From positions 68,200,001 through 68,264,000 of the forward strand of contig NC_043003.1 of NCBI RefSeq assembly GCF_006345805.1: a stretch of 64,000 bases of DNA, given 5' to 3'. The notes beneath the pieces are model-generated. The model was not told the origin of the DNA. It did not search any database and was given only the letters and a program-made list of their open reading frames with translations. This stretch comes from Octopus sinensis. Its lineage: Eukaryota. A program made the position numbers and the translations under genes. This document shows, piece by piece, positions 1 through 12,189 of this stretch (positions are counted from its first letter, which is position 1; each line of letters opens with the position of its first letter).

Positions 1-69
1 TCTACGTCTCTCGCTGTATCTATCTATCTCTTTCAACTCACTTTATCTCTCACTATCTCTCTCTAAATA

Positions 70-79
70 TATATATATT

Positions 80-112
<33 letters not shown>

Positions 113-266
113 TATATATATACATACATATTTATACATATATGCATAAACCGATATATATATATACGTACACACACACACGCACACTCATATATAAATA
201 TTTGTGTGCATGTGTGTGAACAGAGCATATACGTTCGCTCGCGCAGGACGTACGTACCCGTGTAGC

Positions 267-323
<57 letters not shown>

Positions 324-410
324 ACATGTGTGTGTATGTATATAAATGTATATATGTGCATGTAGATATGTTCACACATAGATATATATATGTGTGTTTG
401 TGTGTAAGTG

Positions 411-504
<94 letters not shown>

Positions 505-520
505 CATAGATAGATAGATT
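70..520. repeat. Compound microsatellite (TA)n/(CA)n/(TG)n/(GATA)n
   Basis: Directly visible runs; explains ORFs 79-573, 266-580 and 372-641. Confidence 0.95.
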
Positions 521-1093
521 TGTGAGCAAATTGTCCAGATGAATGTATTGAATCCATTTTGTAACACTTGCACAGAACATTGAATTTATACAATGTTCGT
601 ATATAAATGTCGGAGCTGACCAGCTGGTGATAAACGAGCATGGAAAGGGTTGTATTGTTTCGAGACTATCATGAACAACACTGCCTTTTGCTTGGGCAAT
701 TAAATTTCTATCGGGTTAGTCCGCTCAATGGTTGTCGCTCCGTGTGCTGACAGCCCTGTTGATATGACGATTTATTTGTTGGTTAGCAATATCCGTTACT
801 AATGTTCTCTTTGGAATACTACCCGCTTAAAGACTGGCATGCTTTTGGTAGGAAATTAAATCTCTAATCCACTAAAAGATAAGAATATTTTGAGAATGTC
901 TACACGTCATGATAGTTATCTTTGTGATTCGGTTGACATGCATATTTTCATAGGCGTATTATTAATATACAAATGGGGTTTAGATGGGGAAAATGAGCTT
1001 TGATATACAAATAGCTTTCTAAATGGATCAATGTGAAATATGAATGTAGTATCAGAGAAAATAACACTATGGTAAGAGAACTTCTATAATTCC

Positions 1094-1652
1094 AATAAGG
1101 GTGAGTCAAAATGTAATGCTCTTTTGTTTAGGACAGGTATACTTACCAACACAGGAACATGTATCATACAATAAAATGAAGCTAGTCCTCTGCGGATCAC
1201 ATCCCTACTTCTCAACATAGCAATGTTTCCCTCAATAGCAAAGTTCCGCTTTCCAGTGAGAGCGTACATCCCTGCCCCGTAAAATTCTGTTGACTGTTCT
1301 TTGAGTCACTTCTTCACTACGGTTTTCACTTCCCCGTCACAGGAATAATGTTCACCTCTCGTGGCGCCGAAGAGATGATAGTCTGAAGGCGCTAAATTAT
1401 TCTAGTGACGAGGAAATGAAAACTGTAGTGAAGAAGAGGCTCATAGAACAGTGAACGGAATTTTACGGGGCAGGGATACCTGTTTTCATTGGAAGATGGA
1501 ACATTGCTATTGAGGGAAGCGGTGACTAAGTTGAGCAGTAGGGATGTGACTCGTAGAGGACCAGCTTTATTTTGATGTATGATACATGTTCCTGTGTTGG
1601 TAATTTTACCTGTCCTATACAAAATGGCATTACTTTTTGACTCACTCTCGTA
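1094..1652. mobile_element. Fold-back non-autonomous mariner derivative made of two transposase 3' ends in inverted orientation
   Basis: Left arm (~1094-1360) is the diverged reverse complement of the right arm (~1385-1652). The right arm translates to NYSSDEEMKTVVKKRLIEQ*TEFYGAGIPVFIGRWNIAIEGSGD*VE, typical of a mariner C-terminus. Ends are (aa)taagggtgagtcaaaa and tttttgactcactctcgta. Confidence 0.85.
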
Positions 1653-1834
1653 ACAACAGTAACAATGATTTTGAAAATGCAAGCAGTAGCACAAGATACG
1701 TTGATATGGCACTCAGCTTTACAAATCACAAATGAAAAGTAATGTAGACAATTTTACGACGAAGATGCCAACTGTGATGCTCATGTTGATGATAACAATA
1801 ATCCTTTCAACTATAGGCACAAGACCTGGAATTC

Positions 1835-1985
1835 CGGGGAGGAGATAGTCGACCCTAGTACAAAGCTGGTACTTATTTCATCGACGACAAAACAATGAAA
1901 GACCACGACAGCATTTGAACTCAGGATGCAAGGAATGGCGAAATACTGCAAAACTGAGCATTTTATCTGATTTAGACAATAAAAA
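1835..1985 (-). mobile_element. Degenerate SINE fragment, family D type
   Basis: gtcgaccctagtac..ctggtacttatttcatcgac..atttgaactcagga resembles the copies at 8640-8796 and 52225-52458. Confidence 0.55.
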
Positions 1986-2172
1986 CACGTCAGAACAACA
2001 GAATTTCCAACGGATAAATTGGAAAATGCCTCACAATCCGACATATCTACTCTAAACAAGTTAGGTAGAAATTATGGAATAGTTCAATTTTTTCAACAAA
2101 AATCCTACATAATTTTCTAGAATAAGCTCACCCATCTACAGACACATGCACACATTCATACACACGCACATA

Positions 2173-2507
2173 CTTATTCTTTGTAAGCCTAGAACTTATT
2201 TTATCGGTCTCCTTTGCCGAACCACTAATTTGTGTGGACAAATATATATATATATATATGTTTGTGTATTTCTGATTATCTCCGTCGACCGTCGCTTGAC
2301 AACCAGTGTTGGTGTGTTTTTGTCCACACATATATATATATATATACGACAGGCTTCTTTGCAGCTTCCGTCTACCAAATCCACTCGCAAGGCTCTGCTC
2401 GGCTCGCAGCTACTGTAGAAGACACTCGCGCCCAAGGTGACACGCAGTGGGTCTCAACCCAGAAATATGTGGTTGAGAAGCAAGCTTCTTACCTCACAGA
2501 TATGCCT
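2173..2507 (-). mobile_element. tRNA-type SINE family A, rearranged copy
   Basis: Reverse complement of the family A head (cgacaggcttc..ttccgtctaccaaatccactc..) and tail; a small middle piece (gcttgacaaccagtgttggtgtgttt) is in the opposite orientation. Confidence 0.8.
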
Positions 2508-2629
2508 ACACATTTATACATATGCATTGGTTTGAAATTTTGGCGCAAGACCACCATATATATATAAATATATATATATATGTATGTGTGTGTATGTGTG
2601 TGTGTGCGCGCGCGTATGTGTGTGTTTGT

Positions 2630-2790
2630 GACGGGCTTCTTTCATTTTCCGTCTACCACATCCACTCAAAAGGATTTGGTCGGCCGAGGCCATGGTAGAA
2701 ACTCCCTCGCAAGGTGTCATGCAGTGTAACTGAACTAAGATCCATGTGGTTGAGAAGCAAGCGTCTTACCACTCAGCTACGCCTGCGCCT
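2630..2790 (-). mobile_element. SINE family A head
   Basis: gacgggcttctttcattttccgtctacc..cttaccactcagctacgcctgcgcct is the reverse complement of the family A 5' end. Confidence 0.85.
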
Positions 2791-3807
2791 ATGTATATAC
2801 ACTTTAAAATATTCGGTTTCTTTAGTTCTATCATCACATCTACCAATTCCTGCTAGATTTTTCCTTTTTTTAAAAAAATTGTGTGTCCCGGTATGGCGTC
2901 ATTTAGCTAATTTGTACTTTTTAAGACATATGTCCATAAGAAGACTTTGCTATTGGTGAAAAACTTACGTTCTAAGAAAGAAAATTTTTAAAATGCTGCG
3001 ATGTCAAAGAATACTAATACTGCTGTAGTCAGCTTAGATACTAAACAAGCTAAACACTGCTCAGTCTACATTAACTGCTGCGTAGTCTTTAAATGCGATT
3101 CAGATGCCATCTAATGTACTCAATCGTGATAACCTTCTCAAAGTTATTACATGGATAGTTATTGTAGGTGTAAGAGTTTTTCTCTGCTCTCAGCGTCGCG
3201 TCCAGTTTTTAAAGTAGGCCATTCTCAAGTTTCAATGTAACAAGCTAGTTCAGGAATTCGGTGGTTACATTTTTTATTTCTTAAATAATCCATAGTCAAC
3301 TAAGCATGCGCCAAATCTCAACCTGAAATACAGAAACGTTAGAGTAGAAATAGTCGAAGGCTTAGTGTATTGCGCATAAGAAAACTTAACTTATAACAGC
3401 TCTTCATAGAATCGCCTAATTCAGTCATTCTCATAAATTTTGTCCTGGTTAGACACATATTAAAAACGTTGTTAGTTACTTATTACGGTTTGAGCCTAAG
3501 AAAATAAGATAAGATTTGCTATAAGAGATACACATCAGTAGTTTAACAATCTTTTAGATTTCATGGTACGAGTGTAATTAATTCCTATGATAGAAAATGC
3601 GTCAGATGCATTAGGAAGAATATTGTATTTCAAAAGGGAAAAGCAGAATATTAAAGGATGTATTATAATTAATATCACTGTATTTTCATTTTTAGTATTA
3701 AAGGATAATAAGAAATAGGTTGTTGTTGATTATATATTCAGCGACACACATGTTAATTCAGGAAATAAATTATATATAACGAATTCATATATGCATATAC
3801 ATACTTG

Positions 3808-3891
<84 letters not shown>

Positions 3892-4030
3892 CGTATGTAT
3901 GTATGTATGTATGTATGTATGTATGTATGTATGTATGTATGTATGTATGTATGAATGTATGTATGTATGTATATATGTATGTATGTATGATTGCATGTAT
4001 ATATGTATGCATGTATGCGGATGTATATAC
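3808..4030. repeat. (CA)n(TA)n(TATG)n microsatellite
   Basis: Directly visible. Confidence 0.95.
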
Positions 4031-4821
4031 TTAGAAATTCAACACGATCTTGTAACGAATATTTTTTGCTTAATACACTTTTTACTTCACACCACATGTA
4101 TACATTTGAAATTTGTTTATTTTATTCATCAACTATTAGAATGAAATGGCTGAATCTCAACAGCCTATAAAGTTAACAAAAATCAATATTCCTAGCTACT
4201 CACATGGTATTTCCACAAAAAAATATGTCCGTTTTTGTATCTCATCTGAATTATAAAATCTTTCCTTTCCATGCGGACTGAATAATATTATCTGATCTCG
4301 TTTTATGAATTTATTTTAAGCTTTCGTTAGTTTCATTCATGTTTAAATTCAGTGAATTCAACACAAGATACAATGCATAAATTATTGACTTCGGGGATTT
4401 ATATCTGTTAATATTTAGACACTGTTCTACATTTCAGTTTATCTCCTGAGGTTTATATCCCATGCTTTAATGCTGAACTAATTGGGTGTAAGACGAGGCC
4501 TCCATAATTCATTCATTCTGAATATATTTCACCTCAGTACAGAAGAGAGCAGAGCGACTATACTATCTATTATTGTTATCGTGCATACATATATGTGTGT
4601 GTGTGTGTGTATTTATATATACATATATATTTTTTGTCCAACTAGATACACAAACAATTTCGCATAAAATGAATGATTATTCAATACTTTAAGTAGAGTA
4701 GATGTTACGAAACTTATACAATAGTAATTATAGTGACTTAGAAAATTCGATCTCGTAGCTTTCAACAGATTTTACTGCACAATCGCTACTTTTTGCATTA
4801 TGTAGTCTTTGACAGGTTGCC

Positions 4822-5290
4822 TCTTTAGGTGATGCTATATATATTGTCCAATAATTTGAGATCTGGAGAATTAGGAGGCCAAATGTTAGGGGTTATATGG
4901 GCATGAAATTTTTCAGTCATCCATTCCTGTGTTAACAGAGCCACGTGCGACAGCGCAGAGTGTGACTGAAAGACATCTGGCCTTCCGTTGAATACACTGT
5001 CTATCCAGGGCTTAACAATTATTTCAATGACTTCAATTAGGCGGCAGAGGCCTTGTGGAAAGAAGTAAAGAGGCATCACTTGTCCTTCATTCTGACAATC
5101 CCTAAAATCATGACAGTTGCAGTAAATTTTCTATGCATAACACTTGGAACTTCAGAAGGGTCTGCACATAACCATCTGTCATTCCTTCTGTTAAATTTTG
5201 ATCTTGGTCAAAGTTTATCGCGTTTGAGAAAAGCAGCTTCTTTGTCTTTATAAAGAGCAAAAACCCAGAAACCATTCCGGAGATGTTGCT
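4822..5290 (-). pseudogene. Decayed Tc1/mariner transposase, DD37D (maT)-like
   Basis: ORF 4825-5079 reads VMPLYFFPQGL..IVKPWIDSVFNGRPDVFQSHSALSH..TQEWMTEKFHAHITPNIWPPNSPDL, matching the QQDSAPSH and WPPNSPDLNP motifs; stops and frameshifts present. Confidence 0.8.
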
Positions 5291-5474
5291 TTATTCTGGA
5301 TGGGTGTGATGGGCTCTTTGTTCGAAAATACAAAGGACACAGATATTGTCATATAGCCTGCTGGAAACGATGTTTGTTGGGGTTAAATAACATTAACTAT
5401 CGCCCCATGCAGGGCAGCCACATTGTGTCGGAAAATAGTCTTTAATTTATATATGTGTGTGTGTGCGTGTGAGT

Positions 5475-5511
<37 letters not shown>

Positions 5512-5526
5512 GGTGCGTGTGCGAGT

Positions 5527-5778
5527 GTGGAGGCGCGTGGCTTAGTGGTTAGGGTGCCAGCATCATGATCGTAAGATTGCGGTTTAGGGTCCTGGACCGG
5601 GAGACGCATCGTGTTCTTGAGCAAAGCAGTTCCTTTCACGTTGCTCCAGTCCACTCAGCTGGCAAAAATGAGTAACGCTGCGATGGACTGGCGGCCCGTC
5701 CACCTGGGGAACACATACGCCAAAGAAACCTGGAAACCGGGCCCATGAGACTGGCTAGGCTTTAAAAGGGCGCATTTA
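5527..5778 (+). mobile_element. tRNA-type SINE family B (Meta-SINE-like core), monomer
   Basis: A-box-like tggcttagtgg and a degenerate B box, followed by gtgttcttgagcaaa..gctgcgatggactggcg..gaaaccggg; same family as the 48055-49341 array. Confidence 0.85.
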
Positions 5779-5997
5779 TATAAATAAAATCCTTATATGT
5801 AAATTTTACAAATATTATAATAATTATATATATTATTATAACAAGGGATTGGAATTATGCCTCTCCATGCGCTGAAAATAGACACCAAATGACGGCAGAA
5901 ACACCTTAAGAACTAAAAAAAAATACACATGTTGTAATCAAGCAAAAAGAAGATAATGAATTAAACTTTTGGTTAAACGTGTACAAGATCTCGTCTC

Positions 5998-6153
5998 AAG
6001 CTTAAGGTAAAAATTTATACCTACTGCTATCTTCAGCAACGTTATTCCGTAGTATAAAATTACAAGTATTTACAGATACGTTCAATTGTAAATTTATACT
6101 ACAGAATAACGGTGTTGAAGATAATAGCAGGTATAAATTTTTACCTTAAGCTT
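5998..6153. repeat. Fold-back hairpin / MITE-like element, 68-bp arms with 20-nt spacer
   Basis: aagcttaaggtaaaaatttatacct.. (5998-6065) versus ..aggtataaatttttaccttaagctt (6086-6153). Confidence 0.85.
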
Positions 6154-6447
6154 CGGCTCAAGATCGAAAGGTCGTGAGTTCAATTCCCTGTGACGCATTG
6201 TGTCCTTCAGCAAGATACTTTATTTCACGTTGCTCTAGCTCACGCGACTGGCAAAAATGAGTAGTGCCTGTATTTCAAAGGGCCGGCCTTGTCACACTCT
6301 GTGTCACTCTGTATCGCCCTGAGAAGTATGTTATGGGTATTCGTGTCTGTGGAGTGCTCAGCCACATACACGTTAATTTCATGAGCATGCAGTTCCGTTG
6401 ATCGGATCAGCTGGGATCCTGGTCGTCGTGACCGACGGAGTGCTCCA
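6153..6447 (+). mobile_element. 5'-truncated tRNA-type SINE family C
   Basis: ggtcgtgagttcaattcc B-box region; core shared with family B (tgtgtcctt..tttcacgttgct..ggcaaaaatgagta); distinct 3' tail. Confidence 0.75.
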
Positions 6448-6472
6448 TGATATATAAATATATATATGTATA

Positions 6473-6539
<67 letters not shown>

Positions 6540-7155
6540 ATATATTACTTTATACTATATTTTTACGTCTTACGTTCTAGGTGTTGTAATGGTTTTTTAA
6601 AAAAAATATATTTTTCTTAATCGCTAAAGTATTCACTTTTAACCGTGATGAACTATATTCACATATATTCACACATTTTTTCTCGCACTTTCTTATATGC
6701 TTGTACAGATGAATTATATTCATCTTCCGTGATGTCTAAATGTATTTTCTATGATTAAATGTTCGAGTTATGAAATGTTATTGGATGACCTTGCAATTGT
6801 TTGTTCTATAACTTTGGTTTGATATATTTGGCTCATTCAATTGAGTACTTCTATAACAGTCCTATTAAACATTTTGTTCCTGATGAGAAACAATCAGTGT
6901 ATTATTGATATATATATATATATACATATATACACATATATAGGTGTGCGCGCTTGTGTGTGTATTTACATAGGAGTTACGGAATGGAGTAGGAAGAATC
7001 CGGGTCGCCTATGTTTCATAGAGAGCGGAACTTCAGAAGTGCTAAAATTCAAGTGAGGTGTATACTGCCGGGTCTCTTCAAGCCGTAGATATCTTGATTA
7101 GGTTGAATGTTAAATTGTCGCAAGGAAGGTTCAATCCATCAATACATATGTACAT

Positions 7156-7238
<83 letters not shown>

Positions 7239-7241
<3 letters not shown>

Positions 7242-7707
7242 GGTCCCGGGTTGAGTCGGGGTTAACCACAGTAAATACGTACTCAATACATAGCAGAGTA
7301 AATTAATTTATTTTTTAGAAGGAGCTTCTACAGGACTAGAACTGTTTCATTCAAATGAAATTACCAGGAAGCTGGCTGTTTTTTCATGTATATTTATCTA
7401 CTTCTTCCCTCCACTTAATAACAACAACAACAAACTGACTAAAAGCAATAATCTTCTAATTTACCTAAAACTCTATTCAATTATTCTATTTATTCTTTTA
7501 TTTATTTTATCACTGATTCTTTTGACCACTCCCCTAAGAACGACAGTTTGTGCCCCGCTTACCCAAAAAACGTCCCCCACCACCACCCCATTAAATCTGC
7601 CTAAATGTATAAATACTAGACCTTATTTTGACAGCCAGCTTCCTGATGATTTCATTTGAATGAAACAGTTCTAGTCCTGTAGAAGCTCCTTCTATAAAAT
7701 AAAAAAT
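7239..7707 (+). mobile_element. Short PLE-like element with inverted terminal segment, embedded in (TA)n
   Basis: Inverted arms at 7305-7379 and 7631-7707; the right arm holds a hammerhead fold; TA runs on both sides. Confidence 0.7.
7637..7687 (+). ncRNA. Type I hammerhead ribozyme motif
   Basis: Stem I agcttc/gaagct; core CTGATGA (7643-7649); stem II ttc-attt-gaa closed by a U.U pair; GAAA; stem III acag/ctgt with an 8-nt loop; GUA cleavage triplet (7679-7681). Confidence 0.75.
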
Positions 7708-8489
7708 ATATATATATATACATGCATACATACATACATACATATGCGTATGTATGAATGTGTGTTTGTGCATGTATACATATGAGTGAATGCTACTATA
7801 ATTACATGATTGTATATTGAATTGTATATCCCTATCCTGGTAATTTATATATTTGCAAACTATTTCCAGTTATTGATTGAATATGGCAAGATATGCGTTT
7901 GACAGAAATATATTACCATTCTGTAATAGTAAAGGACATTAATTATACGACATTATAATGTTTATGTATGTTGGTCTTAAATGATTACAAACTTATTTTG
8001 ATAGTAAATCAGGAAATCGGCATTTGAAATTTAATCGAATTCAATTAATTGATGCTGATATAAATCAGTAGTTATTTAAGTTTTAATTTTTAAAAAACAA
8101 AACAGTGTGTTGCAAATTGCAGCATATTTCTCTCCGTTCTTTATATCACTTGCTAAATGAAACATAAGCTGTTTAGAATATATTCATGTCACTGAATCCC
8201 GTTGTCTCTCCAGGACAGTTTTAATGAACCTGCTACATAATAATATTCTATTTAGTGTTTTGAGCTCAAGCGTGTATTCACTCAAGCAGCCATTGCAATG
8301 AGATGTTGTTTGACGTCATCCATATAATGGAGTTTCAGAAAGCAGAAAGCAGAAAGCGTAGCAAATACTGCAATGCATTTTTCCCGACAATCTAACGATC
8401 CTTACCCACAGGGGTTTCAATAGACACAATCATATTCGAAGAGGTTTAAGCAGCTGTTGACAAGTTATAGAAAGATAATCAATGCCCGA

Positions 8490-8820
8490 AATTCTGGGAG
8501 AGGGGGCCCGTCGATTACATCCACCTCGGGAGGTAACTGGTACTTATTTAATCGACCCGGAAAGGATGAAAGGTAAATTTGAGTTCGGTGGAATTTGAAC
8601 TCAGAACGTAATGGCAGACGTAATACCTATTTCTTTACTACCCACAAGGGGACAAACAAGGACAGACAAACGCATTAAGTCGATTATATCGACCCCAGTG
8701 CGTAACTGGTACTTATTTAATCGACCCCGAAAGGATGAAAGGTAAAGTCGACCTCGGCGGAATTTGAACTCACAACGTAAAGACAGACGAAATACCTATC
8801 TCTTTACTACACACAAGGTG
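8490..8820 (-). mobile_element. SINE family D, head-to-tail multimer of partial units
   Basis: Repeated gaccccgaaaggatgaaagg..ggaatttgaactc; aatacc|tat junctions at 8627/8628 and 8796/8797. Confidence 0.85.
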
Positions 8821-9815
8821 TATTGAGAAGTACTTAATAAAATCAATAATAAAATTAAAACAAGGGCGTTGATTAAGATTCATTAGAGTGAACACACGCG
8901 CAAACGACGAAATTTATAAGCGGCCCCAAGAATGTTACTTCACAGCAAAAACTACCCAAATATTGACGGACTAGTAGGCATATGCTATTGAGAATTATAG
9001 CAAGACCTGAGAGAGAACAGATTTGATCCAAAATGAGTCAGACATTTTTCAATTGAACACCAGAAAACAGCATGAAAAGAAATTAATCAACAGAAAAAAT
9101 GAAACACGTATTACTATTTCGTGACATTCAAGAGGATGAAATATTACAAGAAAAAATAGAACAAGAATATACGAATAAAAAAACAACAATAAGAGAGGAA
9201 GACAATAGAGAAGCAAAGGAGTAGGATAAATATATCAGGAAAAAACATTATTGTGAGACATAAAATATGTTAGCGATGAAAAAGGTAGTAAAATATTATA
9301 TAGATATATTAAGAAGGATACACCAGTATCAAAGTAATTTCTAGTGGGCTAAGAGGTAATAAGAAGAGAGAGAGAGACATTGAGAACAAATCGAGAAGCA
9401 GAAAACATGAGAAGATTAAAAGAAACAATAAATCCGCATGGTCCACCACACCTCGACAAGGTACTGAGGATATTAAGGACTGCAAGCAAACGGAACCTGG
9501 AATTAGTGAAGCCCCGATTTCTGTTATTCTTCCAGTCTCAGATGATGGATGTGTAGCAACAGATGTGTAATGACAATATTGTGTTCACGTGTTGGCTGCG
9601 TAGATTCAATACCTGAATATTTACGGGAGAGAAAGTGATTTAATTGATAAAAGCAAACTCACCGGTGATTCTTATAAAAATGGAAGAGGTCACGTTTTTT
9701 TTACCAGTGATATACAAATATATCTTTAACCCCCTAATCTATAACAAGGAATAGACACAACTGGAATATTTTTAGAGAATATTTCTAGAGAAGTAGGAAA
9801 CAAAATTAAAGCGAA

Positions 9816-10130
9816 AGGCGGAGCGAGCTGGCAGAAACTTTAGCACGCAGGGCGAAAAGCTTAGCAGTATTTCCTTTGTCTGAGTGCAAACTCCGCAGAG
9901 GTCGACTTTGCCTTTTATCCTTTCAGGGTCGATTAAATAAACACGAGTTACGCACTGGGGTCGATATAATCGACTTAATCCGTTTGTCTGCCCTGGTTTG
10001 TCCTCTCTGTGTTTAGCTCCTTGTGGGTAATAAACAAATAGGTATTTCGGCTGTCGCTACGTTCTGAGTTCAAATTCCACCGACGTCGACTTTGCCTTTC
10101 ATCCTTTGAGTGTCGATAAATTTGGGTTTC
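9816..10130 (+). mobile_element. SINE family D, one full unit plus a partial second unit
   Basis: ggcggagcgagctggcagaaac..gtgggtaataaacaaata|ggtatttcgg..gagttcaaattcc. Confidence 0.85.
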
Positions 10131-11030
10131 GAGCCTTGTACCTAGAGTAGACAGCCAAACTAAAGTGATGTAAAGCATTGTATGGCTGTATGGAACGGCT
10201 ACAAGTAAACTGAATTGATATAAAATGCAACCAAACGGCGAAAGCGGATTTTATGATGGCTTGTTTTGCATTTTTACTAAAATGAATTTGATATACCTCG
10301 CTCTCCGTTCATGTAGGTGCTACATCGTGCATGCCATCTCAAGAAGGAAAACAAATGTATCATTTTAAGGCAAACAGACGATGAGCGAAATATATTTTCA
10401 CTCAGTTTCGCCATTATTATCAAATCTTTCTGGTATATCATAAACAAATATATTATAATCATTATCTGCTATCAATATAGAATATGACGTTTAAATATAG
10501 AATATGACGTTTACGGTGAAAGAAGGAGTTAACGAAGCTACTAATACAATGCATGAATCCACCGGAAACATAGTAATGAGATAGGATTAGCAGATGCCCA
10601 ATATATCAATATTGGGGTTGCAAAATGTTGTAGAGATCGCAGTATCAGAAAATTTAAACAGCAACACTCATGCAGATACTTATTAGATGGAAGCCATAGA
10701 AATTAAAGGTAATACAATTATAAAATGAAACTACTGTAGAAACAGTTGACAAATATTGAAACAATATATTCAATGTTCGAAGTAAGATGTGAATACACTA
10801 CATAGACTAGGTGTCAAAAGCCTAAATGCACTAGATTTGGTGCGAAAACACTGAACACAGTAAATGAGCCGCTTATATGCAACCAACTCCACGTTTGTGA
10901 TTAATGGAAAGTAGGTCAGGATATAAGCCAGAGAAATTAAACGGATATTTGTATCAATGACCCAGGCTACAACACCAAATATTGTCCCAGGCTACAACAC
11001 CAAATATTGTAAAAATATAGATAGGTAGCT

Positions 11031-11395
<365 letters not shown>

Positions 11396-11819
11396 CGGGT
11401 ACACACACTCACAAAATACACGCACAAGCACACCCACACATATATGTATCAATCAAATACAAGATATCTAAAGCTACAACAAAAGACCAAAGGGCTTTCA
11501 AAGAAAGTGATATAAGTTTTACGCTCAAAGAAAAGATTTGTAAATTCTAAGTTATCGACGAAAGATGTCGAACACAGTCCTGCGTTGGAGACTAAATCAA
11601 AGATTAGGAAGAGACAGGGAAGAGTAGCAAGAACAAAGGGGAGAAGAGAGCCATGCGTAAACCCACCTGGCTTGTGAATATATGCGTGAGTACGCGCATG
11701 TGTTAGAGGATGGATGCACGATATAAAGTGAGAGAAATTGAGGTTTTTGTGGGTAAAGAATGAAACACGAATGTCTGAAGGTATGTGTGTATGCAAGTTG
11801 ATATGTGTCTTTGTATAGG

Positions 11820-12147
11820 CAGGCTATTTCTGGTTGCCCTAAGTTGATCTATGGGTATTTCTCTAGCATGCTCTATACCATTTTCTATATGTAGAGACGG
11901 GTAATTTTATTTGAGTAGAAATTATTTGAGTCCTGTTATATACATATTCCACAATGGTACAAATTTTCTGGTTAGGCAATATGGGATATTGTGCTTTGTA
12001 TGTGTTGGATGACACGATTTAAAGTTGAGGTATTGATGCGCCCAGCATTAATATAGCTGGTCCAACAAGCCTTGCCCACCGTCAAAGCAATTTTATTGAC
12101 ATCATTTTGAAACCATTATGTACCCACATACATAGTTTCATCCGGAA
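11820..12147. pseudogene. Penelope-like RT fragments in opposite orientations
   Basis: Minus strand ~11820-12012 gives SCHPTHTKHNIPYCLTRK/ICTIVE (PLE RT thumb motif). Plus strand ~12040-12147 gives IAGPTSLAHRQSNFIDIILKPLCTHIHSFIR (PLE RT N-terminal region). Confidence 0.7.
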
Positions 12148-12189
12148 AGACATCGACTGCTGTAGTTTGCAATTTTGTCATGGGCAAGA

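Noticed and set aside
79-641. Long ORFs such as 79-573 (164 aa), 11033-11452, 23759-24172 and 49387-49875
   Set aside because: They are translations of microsatellites (SIYL, YI, HT, poly-I) and carry no coding signal
6975-7050. ctgaagt..gaaac hammerhead-like pattern on the minus strand
   Set aside because: Stems do not pair convincingly
10476-11010. Short direct duplications (aatatagaatatgacgttt x2; cccaggctacaacaccaaatattgt x2)
   Set aside because: Ordinary slippage duplications
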